The notes under the pieces were generated by a model. The model did no database searches. It was given only the letters and a program-made list of their open reading frames with translations, and was not told where the DNA came from. This document shows positions 1 through 5,591 of a DNA stretch of 32,000 nucleotides, one piece after another (position 1 is the first letter of the stretch; each line of letters begins with the position of its first letter). The translations under genes were made by a program, and so were the position numbers. The stretch comes from Prochlorococcus marinus subsp. pastoris str. CCMP1986 (GTDB lineage Bacteria > Cyanobacteriota > Cyanobacteriia > PCC-6307 > Cyanobiaceae), in the NCBI RefSeq assembly GCF_000011465.1, contig NC_005072.1:1350001-1382000 (forward strand), read 5' to 3'.

Positions 1-101
1 GGAATATGAGCAGTTATTGGAAAAGGATTTAAAAATCTGCATTAAAAAGTGCTTGCCAGTATCACTATTGGCAAACACTCATGACGATGTTTTTTGAAAA
101 T

Positions 102-212
102 CTAAACGAACATTTCTGTTGATGTAGTGATACTTAAAATTACAGAAATAAAGAAAATGTAAGGAACTACCTTAAAAGGAACATATCCTCGGCGTTTAGA
201 AATAAAGTCCAT
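102..212 (-). CDS. hypothetical 36-aa hydrophobic micro-protein directly abutting the hli stop codon
   Basis: Hand translation gives MDFISKRRGYVPFKVVPYIFFISVILSITTSTEMFV*. The ATG at 212 immediately follows the TAA of the hli ORF (TAAATG). It is below the 60-aa cutoff of the ORF track. Confidence 0.3.
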   Translation of the reverse strand: MDFISKRRGYVPFKVVPYIFFISVILSITTSTEMFV

Positions 213-368
213 TTAGACGAATCCAGGAATAATTTGACCTGTTGTTAAATAAGCACCAATAGCAGCTATGAAGCCAATCATGGCAAATCTGCCGTTGAGC
301 TTTTCTGCAACAACTTTTTCCTTCTCAACTGTTTTTGTTTCGAGAACTTTAACTTTTTTTGAGTTCAT
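213..368 (-). CDS. hli: high-light-inducible protein (HLIP, one-helix CAB-like protein)
   Basis: Hand translation gives 51 aa: MNSKKVKVLETKTVEKEKVVAEKLNGRFAMIGFIAAIGAYLTTGQIIPGFV*. The AEKLNGRxAMIGF...G helix motif is diagnostic of cyanobacterial HLIPs. Track ORF 268..483 (+) is its antisense shadow. Confidence 0.85.
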   Translation of the reverse strand: MNSKKVKVLETKTVEKEKVVAEKLNGRFAMIGFIAAIGAYLTTGQIIPGFV

Positions 369-540
369 AAGAAAAATAGATTGCTACGTAAACAAATATA
401 ACATTAATATTACTTTCTGTAAAGAAATAATGCTATTTATCTTGGATTTTAGATATCTTAACACAATCCTGGCACAGTTATGAGTCAAAATATAAATATC
501 CTTTATGTAGTTACCCTTTTAAAAAATTTCCCTTTCAGAA

Positions 541-580
541 GCGGACTAATCCTTCGTGGAGTTTATGGACCTTAGTCCGC
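541..580. other. GC-rich stem-loop (terminator or small-RNA candidate)
   Basis: Perfect 9-bp stem GCGGACTAA (541-549) / TTAGTCCGC (572-580) with a 22-nt loop. It lies in an otherwise AT-rich intergenic stretch between the 757..987 gene and hli. Confidence 0.5.
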
Positions 581-648
581 AATATATAAATAGCCTTTTA
601 TTTAATATCATAAGGTAAGGAAAGTTTAAAAATTTTTTAAGATAACGA

Positions 649-689
649 AACCTCCCTATTTTTGGGCAAGAAAATACCCTTGCGAGGTT
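649..689. other. nested stem-loop (terminator or small-RNA candidate)
   Basis: Outer stem AACCTC (649-654) / GAGGTT (684-689) with inner stem GCAAG / CTTGC. It lies about 70 nt downstream of the stop of the minus-strand ORF 757..987. Confidence 0.4.
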
Positions 690-756
690 AGATAATGGGG
701 ATGAACTGGATTTTTAAAAGGACTCGTTTATATCTTCTTTAATTTTTTTAAAGATC

Positions 757-987
757 TTAGTCGCAATACTTTCCAGAGCTAATAAATTCTGAATTTTGTG
801 AAGTAATTCTTTCTAAGTTTTTGTTTAAATTTTTAGTTTGATTAGAAGCTAAATAAAATCCAATGGTTAAAAAAACAAGTGCTATTGAAGTAACTATTGT
901 GCTTAACTGAAGAACCCCATCTGCCAAAATAGTTGGAGTTTTTGGAGATAAAATAGCTTTTCCCCCCTTCACTTTTGATTTTGCCAT
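757..987 (-). CDS. hypothetical small membrane protein (76 aa)
   Basis: Track ORF with an ATG start and one clear hydrophobic segment (LQLSTIVTSIALVFLTIGFYLA). No recognisable family. Confidence 0.6.
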   Translation of the reverse strand: MAKSKVKGGKAILSPKTPTILADGVLQLSTIVTSIALVFLTIGFYLASNQTKNLNKNLERITSQNSEFISSGKYCD

Positions 988-1143
988 AATCTTAATCTTT
1001 ACTTTTACTTAACTAATTGTTAACAATAGGTCGAAAATATTAATTTGTCAGCTAGTCACATTACCTATTTGGATGACTTAAGTATGATAAATACTCCTGG
1101 AACAATTACGAACAATTGGAGATAAGAGAAATAATCGTTTCAA

Positions 1144-1515
1144 TTAAAATTTAAGTTTTGTTTTTACTCTATTTTTATTTTCAGAATTAAATTTAAAAAG
1201 TCCCGAGTCAGTAAATATAGTCAATTCATCGCCATATGATTCCTGGATAGATAAACCTTCATCAGAATCTAAATTTTTAACAAATACATTTCCGACTAGT
1301 TTTAAAGTTCTCGCATCTTTGTCGTAAGTAAGCTTATTTGAGGAGGCTTCAAAATTATTCTTATTACTTTTGATAACTACATTTCCAATAGCTTCAAAAC
1401 TCCCTTTTACGTTTTGTATCTGAGAATCAGAGGTAACTGTATAATTCAGCTTCTCTTTTGCAAATGAAATTTCAGTTAAAAGTAATAGTAGCGGGGCAAA
1501 TAGTAAGCGTTTCAT
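1144..1515 (-). CDS. secreted protein with the shared MKRLL leader; weak OstA/LptA-like repeat pattern
   Basis: Starts with ATGAAACGCTTACT. Signal peptide is MKRLLFAPLLLLLTEISFA. The mature part has recurring GNVVI / GNVFV strands reminiscent of the OstA/LptA fold (weak, from memory). Confidence 0.8.
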   Translation of the reverse strand: MKRLLFAPLLLLLTEISFAKEKLNYTVTSDSQIQNVKGSFEAIGNVVIKSNKNNFEASSNKLTYDKDARTLKLVGNVFVKNLDSDEGLSIQESYGDELTIFTDSGLFKFNSENKNRVKTKLKF

Positions 1516-1803
1516 TTATGGATCAAGCTTCGTTGTTAGTTGGCAAAAAGTAGCATTATTATTTTTGAGACATTTATTGTATTTTGTCTGTAAAACTTTT
1601 TGTGCTTCTTTCTTTATGCAAAGATCCAAGTAATTTTTTGCAAATTGAGTCATCCCAATTTCGTTATATTCTGCATATTTCAAACCTGGTCTTTTGCATT
1701 GAGAGACTATTTGTTTGTAAGTAGGTTCTTTATGAAAAAGATTTGCTTTAACAGCAGTAGGTAAAGCGACAACAGCTAAAAGTGGGAGTAGTAAGCGTTT
1801 CAT
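1516..1803 (-). CDS. secreted Cys-containing small protein with the shared leader (95 aa)
   Basis: Starts with ATGAAACGCTTACT. Signal peptide is MKRLLLPLLAVVALPTAVKA. Its stop codon directly abuts the ATG of the next ORF. Confidence 0.8.
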   Translation of the reverse strand: MKRLLLPLLAVVALPTAVKANLFHKEPTYKQIVSQCKRPGLKYAEYNEIGMTQFAKNYLDLCIKKEAQKVLQTKYNKCLKNNNATFCQLTTKLDP

Positions 1804-2031
1804 TCAATCTTCTGCATCTTCAAATTCTCTTAGCAAACGAAAAGTTTTGGAAATAAAAGGAAAGATCCAAACAAACAAACCTACTACTGTTATCAAAGCG
1901 ACAAGAAAACCCAAAATTGCTAAGAATCCACCAGTTGCATCTCCTTCGTAAAAGCGATCAAGTCCAATTGGAGCACCAACTCCTAAAAGGAAGAGTCTTG
2001 TTAAAGTTTGTTTTTCTTTTTTTCTCAACAT
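1804..2031 (-). CDS. TM2-domain membrane protein (75 aa)
   Basis: The GAPIGLDRFYEGD motif followed by a second hydrophobic helix matches the TM2 domain pattern (G..G.h+FY.G). Its stop TGA abuts the next ATG. Confidence 0.75.
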   Translation of the reverse strand: MLRKKEKQTLTRLFLLGVGAPIGLDRFYEGDATGGFLAILGFLVALITVVGLFVWIFPFISKTFRLLREFEDAED

Positions 2032-2040
2032 AAATAATGT

Positions 2041-2086
2041 AAAAAGAGGGTTTTACCCCTCTAATATAGATTAACTGTCAATCAAT
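2041..2086 (-). repeat. diverged copy of the ATTGACAGTCGATCTAAAAT boundary element, plus hairpin and T-tract
   Basis: The minus strand reads ATTGATTGACAGTTAATCTATATT, then hairpin AGAGGGGTAAAACCCTCT, then TTTTT. It sits between the stop of 2091..2411 and the ATG at 2031. Confidence 0.7.
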
Positions 2087-2090
2087 TAAA

Positions 2091-2411
2091 TTATCCCATC
2101 GCTGCGACTTCATCAGCAAGTTGCTTATTTCTTAGAATAACTTCTTCATCATTAAAAACAGGAAGTACATTCCATTCCACTCCAAATTTTGCTCTCCAGA
2201 TACCAAAATGTTCAGCCATTTTGAGATGATTGTCAGCCTTGCAAGTCACAAAAACTTCTCCAGTTTGAGGAGCATGGACTCTACTTATCAATTCAAATCC
2301 ATCAAATTTATCCTTAGGTGCTCCAGAAGCAATATATTTTTCAAAGAGTTTGTAACCTTCTGATTGAGAAAGAGTATCTGGGATAATTCCATGAACGTGA
2401 TAGTAAGCCAT
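2091..2411 (-). CDS. small conserved protein, paralog of 5592..5930 (DUF3303-like, family name from memory)
   Basis: Track ORF 2091..2438 starts at TTG; the likely ATG is at 2411 (MAYYHVHG...). It aligns with 5592..5930: F.GF....R.HA......V...A......M.EHF..W..KF......PV..D.E. Confidence 0.8.
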   Translation of the reverse strand: MAYYHVHGIIPDTLSQSEGYKLFEKYIASGAPKDKFDGFELISRVHAPQTGEVFVTCKADNHLKMAEHFGIWRAKFGVEWNVLPVFNDEEVILRNKQLADEVAAMG

Positions 2412-2480
2412 AACTAAAATTGGATAGTGTAATTTCAATCTAAAAACGATAATTTAAAAAGAATTTAATTTATCTTTAAA

Positions 2481-2500
2481 TTTAGATCGACTGTCAATCG
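2481..2500 (-). repeat. boundary element core copy
   Basis: The minus strand reads CGATTGACAGTCGATCTAAA and contains the exact 16-mer TTGACAGTCGATCTAA. Confidence 0.85.
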
Positions 2501-2510
2501 TATTTAATTT

Positions 2511-2534
2511 AGCTGCAAGTAGTAAGCGTTTCAT
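2511..2534 (-). pseudogene. orphan signal-peptide leader (ATGAAACGCTTACTACTTGCAGCT) with no gene body
   Basis: A perfect 14-mer ATGAAACGCTTACT abuts the TAA of ORF 2535..3047. The reading frame runs straight into the boundary element and dies (MKRLLLAAKLNTIDSRSKF...). Confidence 0.6.
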
Positions 2535-3047
2535 TTAAAAATCATAAGTGACTTTATCGCATTTTTTCTTTCGATATATTTTCTGCATTTCTTTTTGTTC
2601 TGATAAATAATCTTCTTTTGCTTGTTTATTAATTGGATCATATTTGGCTTTAAATTCTTCTTTGATAGCTTGAGCATTTTGTCTTCTTTCTTCTGCCATG
2701 AAATCAAAATCACCATCACTATAATTTCCACTTTTTAAGGTAGTTTCAAACAAATAACATTCATTAGATAAAGCAATATCAAATTCTTTTAGTAAGAAAT
2801 ATTCAGTACAAAAGCTTGCTAATTTATAAGGACTATTATAAAAGTCTCTCCAATTTATATCTATTCCATAAACTTCAGCAATTTTTTCATTAGTAAATTC
2901 TTTGCTTTGTTTTACAAATAATATTTTTTGCTGATAATCATCTTTTGATTGATTTATTGCAAATTGAAGGTCTTTGCATAGTCTTACTTTATCGTTTCCA
3001 AAACCAACTATAAGTGGGAAAACAATAAATAAAACTAAGCGTTTCAT
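2535..3047 (-). CDS. secreted hypothetical protein (170 aa) with a leader variant
   Basis: Starts with ATGAAACGCTTAGT, one mismatch from the shared 14-mer. Signal peptide is MKRLVLFIVFPLIVGFG. Track ORF 2531..2731 is an out-of-frame shadow. Confidence 0.8.
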   Translation of the reverse strand: MKRLVLFIVFPLIVGFGNDKVRLCKDLQFAINQSKDDYQQKILFVKQSKEFTNEKIAEVYGIDINWRDFYNSPYKLASFCTEYFLLKEFDIALSNECYLFETTLKSGNYSDGDFDFMAEERRQNAQAIKEEFKAKYDPINKQAKEDYLSEQKEMQKIYRKKKCDKVTYDF

Positions 3048-3278
3048 TTAATCTTTGACTTTTTGGTCTAATAATTCTTTTAATTCCTTTGGGAAGTTTA
3101 AAAAAGAATCTTTTAAATTTTCATTCTTTTCTCCTATATGTAGTATCCACTCTCTAAATTCTTCTGCTATTGCATAACTGTCTTCATATTTTTCTAGGGT
3201 ATCCATAACAGAAATTCTGTTAGTAGCCCAACAAGTCGCAATATCAATCCTTTTTTTTTGTTTAGTATTTACTGCCAA
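3048..3278 (-). CDS. hypothetical small acidic protein (start uncertain)
   Basis: Track ORF with a TTG start that overlaps the end of the upstream micro-ORF by 10 nt. An internal ATG (MDTLEKYED...) is an alternative start. Confidence 0.55.
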   Translation of the reverse strand: MAVNTKQKKRIDIATCWATNRISVMDTLEKYEDSYAIAEEFREWILHIGEKNENLKDSFLNFPKELKELLDQKVKD

Positions 3279-3433
3279 AACTCATCTAATGCATCAAACA
3301 CTCTGTTGAGATAATCGTTTGCTCCTATACATTCCCATTTTCCCTTTTCACCAATCGCACATTTGTAGTGCAGTTCTCTCTTGAGCTGCATTAGTTTATT
3401 TGTCATCGCAACCTTGTCTAGTCTTCCGTTCAT
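3269..3433 (-). CDS. hypothetical 54-aa protein, not in the ORF track
   Basis: Hand translation gives MNGRLDKVAMTNKLMQLKRELHYKCAIGEKGKWECIGANDYLNRVFDALDEFWQ*. Its ATG overlaps the TGA of the upstream ORF (ATGA). Confidence 0.5.
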   Translation of the reverse strand: MNGRLDKVAMTNKLMQLKRELHYKCAIGEKGKWECIGANDYLNRVFDALDEFWQ

Positions 3434-3606
3434 AGTAAGTCTTCCGCTTCCGTCAATATTTGATTCTTTAAAAAAACAAGCGCGTCTAGTTTTTCTTCTT
3501 TTTCTTCATAATTTTCAAATTTCATTTCTGCAATTTCAACAATTGCTTTATTTATATTTTTAAGCCGTTTCTTAATAACTCTTTTTGGGGTTTTGGTTGA
3601 TTCCAT
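3430..3606 (-). CDS. hypothetical lysine-rich small protein
   Basis: Track ORF 3430..3663 starts at GTG; the first ATG is at 3606 (MESTKTPKRVIKK...). Its stop is coupled to the next ORF through an ATGA overlap. Confidence 0.5.
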   Translation of the reverse strand: MESTKTPKRVIKKRLKNINKAIVEIAEMKFENYEEKEEKLDALVFLKNQILTEAEDLL

Positions 3607-3731
3607 CGGAATTACTTTTTTCTTTATATTCGCTTTCTTTTCTTCAAAATGCGAGCCCCACACTTTAAATTCTGGTTAAATTTTCTACATAATGTCTTTA
3701 AGAATATAGTTTCTGCTCTTTTAATTTTAAT

Positions 3732-3764
3732 TTAATCAATAGATTTAAGTGGTGAGCTTTTCAT
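3732..3764 (-). pseudogene. degenerate orphan leader (ATGAAAAGCTCACCACTT...)
   Basis: Its ATG abuts the TAA of ORF 3765..3932, giving the same stop|ATGAAA architecture. It is only 10 codons long (MKSSPLKSID*). Confidence 0.35.
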
Positions 3765-3932
3765 TTAAAAGGTAATATTTTCTTCTTCAAGTTTTTTCTT
3801 TAGTTCTAGTGGCATATGAGCAATATCTTTTTTAATTGCATCTAAAGCATCATTATACTTTTCAGGATCAGATAAAAGCGTTTTTATCAAGTTATATTGA
3901 CTTTCTATTTCCTGAGAGGAAAATTTACTCAT
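3765..3932 (-). CDS. hypothetical 55-aa protein, not in the ORF track
   Basis: Hand translation gives MSKFSSQEIESQYNLIKTLLSDPEKYNDALDAIKKDIAHMPLELKKKLEEENITF*. It lies 25 nt downstream of a boundary-element copy. Confidence 0.5.
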   Translation of the reverse strand: MSKFSSQEIESQYNLIKTLLSDPEKYNDALDAIKKDIAHMPLELKKKLEEENITF

Positions 3933-3956
3933 TTTTAAAAACTTATTACTTTTTTT

Positions 3957-3978
3957 ATTTTAGATTGACTGTCAATTT
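3957..3978 (-). repeat. boundary element core copy
   Basis: The minus strand reads AAATTGACAGTCAATCTAAAAT, one mismatch from the consensus core. Confidence 0.8.
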
Positions 3979-4029
3979 AATCTGTCTTTAAATATCAACT
4001 CCTAAAATGAATTTAATTTTTAAATTAAT

Positions 4030-4287
4030 TTGGTTTACTTTAAGAAAGAGTTTATTAAATCCCTTAAATTAAAAGGCTCTATATTTTTAATTGTGGTAAT
4101 TATTGGATTTATTTACTCAAGTCCAAAATCAAGGGTAATTATTGCAAATTCTTTGACTTCTTCCGCTAAATTTTTAAACGAAACTGTAGAAACAACAAAT
4201 AAGGATATTTGGTTTTCTGAACCTGATTTCATTTTTAGTATTAGGTTAAAATTACGAGAATTATTGAGAGGAACTCAAAGAGGTTGA
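4030..4287 (+). CDS. doubtful ORF (85 aa, TTG start) with one TM segment
   Basis: It is the only long frame in this interval. It shows weak similarity (SPKSRVIIANSL..FL vs KPISRIYIADYL..FL) to 11905..12117. It runs against the local minus-strand gene direction, and its 3' end overlaps a minus-oriented boundary element. Confidence 0.3.
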   Translation: MVYFKKEFIKSLKLKGSIFLIVVIIGFIYSSPKSRVIIANSLTSSAKFLNETVETTNKDIWFSEPDFIFSIRLKLRELLRGTQRG

Positions 4288-4288
4288 G

Positions 4289-4328
4289 AAGGAGCTAATT
4301 ACCCCTTATTTTAGATCGACTGTCAATC
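4289..4328 (-). repeat. boundary element with hairpin
   Basis: The minus strand reads GATTGACAGTCGATCTAAAATAAGGGGTAATTAGCTCCTT. It starts 3 nt after the stop of micro-ORF 4331..4444. Confidence 0.85.
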
Positions 4329-4330
4329 TA

Positions 4331-4444
4331 TTAATAATTAATTAATTTTTTATTTTCATCTGTTTTATTTACTTTTAACCCAATAAACAATACCCATATA
4401 ACTGCAAAAACTATTGGCAAGAAAACGATAGCAAGCCTCATCAT
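4331..4444 (-). CDS. hypothetical 37-aa membrane micro-protein, not in the ORF track
   Basis: Hand translation gives MMRLAIVFLPIVFAVIWVLFIGLKVNKTDENKKLINY*, with a single hydrophobic helix. Confidence 0.4.
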   Translation of the reverse strand: MMRLAIVFLPIVFAVIWVLFIGLKVNKTDENKKLINY

Positions 4445-4550
4445 TTTTTAATCCTATTATTTGCTAAAAATAATACCGTTTAAATAAATAATTAAAACTA
4501 GGTACTTTACCTATTTCTGGATGACTTCCTATTAGGGAGAGAAGCAAAAA

Positions 4551-4610
4551 CCACCAATCACTTTCCTAAATAGGAACTTTGATGGATAGTAAATTTATAC
4601 CCAAAAAGTT
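4551..4610 (+). repeat. orphan 5' module (leader plus first codons) of the 16747..17064 gene family
   Basis: About 92% identical over ~60 nt to 7073..7134: CCACCAATCACTTTCCTAAATAGGAACTTTGATGGATAGTAAATTTATACCCAAAAAGTT. It includes the family start ATGGATA (4582). No gene body follows, and the cupin gene starts 70 nt later. Confidence 0.6.
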
Positions 4611-4681
4611 AAATTTAGTACTGACAAATATTTTAAAAATTAATAATATAAGCCTAAATAATTTTCTAGGAATTCAAATTG

Positions 4682-5110
4682 ATGATTAAAAATTTATTCA
4701 TAGCAATAGCCTTTGCTTTAATGCTCATTAACCCAAGTATTTCTATAGCTGCAGAATCTCCTGTAGATGTACAAGAAATCTTTGTAGGTTCTGAAACTAT
4801 GGATGGTGATTCTCTTAAATATCCAAAAGGAAAAGCAGAAATAAGATTACAAAGAGTCGAGTTAGCTGAGGGAGGGGTAGTCCCACTCCACTCTCATCCA
4901 ATTCCATTATTAGGTAATGTTGAGCAAGGTACGATTGTTGTCAAAAGACAAGGAATGGAAGATCTTACCTATACAGCAGGGGATACTTTTATAGTTGGTC
5001 CAAAGACACCAAAACATACAATGGGTAATGCAAAAACTGATAACGCAGTAGTTTGGTTCGCAGCAATAGGTGCAAAAGATGTTCCAATACTAATTCCCGC
5101 AGAAGGATAA
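4682..5110 (+). CDS. secreted cupin-domain protein
   Basis: Signal peptide is MIKNLFIAIAFALMLINPSISIAA. GGVVPLHSHP...G....GD matches the cupin_2 metal-binding motifs. The track ORF starts one codon earlier, at TTG 4679. Confidence 0.85.
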   Translation: MIKNLFIAIAFALMLINPSISIAAESPVDVQEIFVGSETMDGDSLKYPKGKAEIRLQRVELAEGGVVPLHSHPIPLLGNVEQGTIVVKRQGMEDLTYTAGDTFIVGPKTPKHTMGNAKTDNAVVWFAAIGAKDVPILIPAEG

Positions 5111-5133
5111 TTTCAACTTTAAATCAATTATTT

Positions 5134-5181
5134 TTGATTGATAGTCAAACTATAATGAGGAGCAATTAGCTCCTTTTTTTT
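5134..5181 (+). repeat. diverged boundary element with a perfect hairpin and T8 directly before an ATG
   Basis: Sequence is TTGATTGATAGTCAAACTATAATGA, then GGAGC-AATTA-GCTCC, then TTTTTTTT, then the ATG at 5182. Confidence 0.75.
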
Positions 5182-5490
5182 ATGACTGCTCAAAATTTTA
5201 TGAATGTTGTTCGATTTAAATTAAAGTCAGATTGTGTAGATAAGTATTTTGAAGTAATAGATAAAACAAGTTTTGAGGGGATGACTCAAAGATATATCGC
5301 TAAAACTGGAGTTTATGATTACTGTTTTGTTGGGATCTGGAAAAGTGTAGAAGCTATTGCAGCTCAAAGACCAGCTATGATTGCTCACCTTGATGAGGTT
5401 AGAGGATTTATGGAAGAGTTGTCTCCTGAACTTGGAGTTACTGATCCTGTTTCAGGAAATATTGTTTCTAAAGTTGGTTATCATGATTAA
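5182..5490 (+). CDS. hypothetical 102-aa protein, possibly ABM/Dabb-like ferredoxin fold
   Basis: Track ORF with an ATG start. The fold guess rests only on size and the pattern V.F.LK...........G...........W.S.EA. Confidence 0.75.
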   Translation: MTAQNFMNVVRFKLKSDCVDKYFEVIDKTSFEGMTQRYIAKTGVYDYCFVGIWKSVEAIAAQRPAMIAHLDEVRGFMEELSPELGVTDPVSGNIVSKVGYHD

Positions 5491-5506
5491 TAGTCGATTT
5501 TAAAAG
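5486..5506 (+). repeat. degenerate boundary element copy
   Basis: GATTAATAGTCGATTTTAAAAG compared with GATTGACAGTCGATCTAAAAT. It overlaps the stop codon of 5182..5490. Confidence 0.45.
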
Positions 5507-5591
5507 TTCCATAGTCCAAGTATTCAATTCAAGATCCTTAACTCAATTTTAAATAACATATCCTAGAAATAATTTTAGATTTATTAATTAA

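Noticed and set aside
2-97. Open plus-strand frame reaching the left window edge (..EYEQLLEKDLKICIKKCLPVSLLANTHDDVF*), with a 6-bp-stem hairpin at 53-73
   Set aside because: Only 31 codons are visible. It cannot be distinguished from chance and is not reported as a feature.
268-483. Track ORF of 71 aa on the plus strand
   Set aside because: It is the antisense shadow of the hli gene (213..368, minus), which has a diagnostic HLIP motif. The plus-strand product is low-complexity with no start context.
2531-2731. Track ORF of 66 aa (minus) overlapping 2535..3047
   Set aside because: It is an out-of-frame overlap with a longer ORF that has a signal peptide and the conserved leader. Its product is lysine-rich and low-complexity.
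3251-3259. T9 homopolymer as a possible frameshift site joining ORFs 3269..3433 and 3048..3278
   Set aside because: The upstream frame already terminates at TAA 3269-3271, before the homopolymer is reached on the minus strand. A slip there cannot fuse the two frames.
3381-3563. Track ORF of 60 aa on the plus strand
   Set aside because: It is antisense to two coupled minus-strand ORFs. It has a low-complexity hydrophobic product, a TTG start, and no start context.
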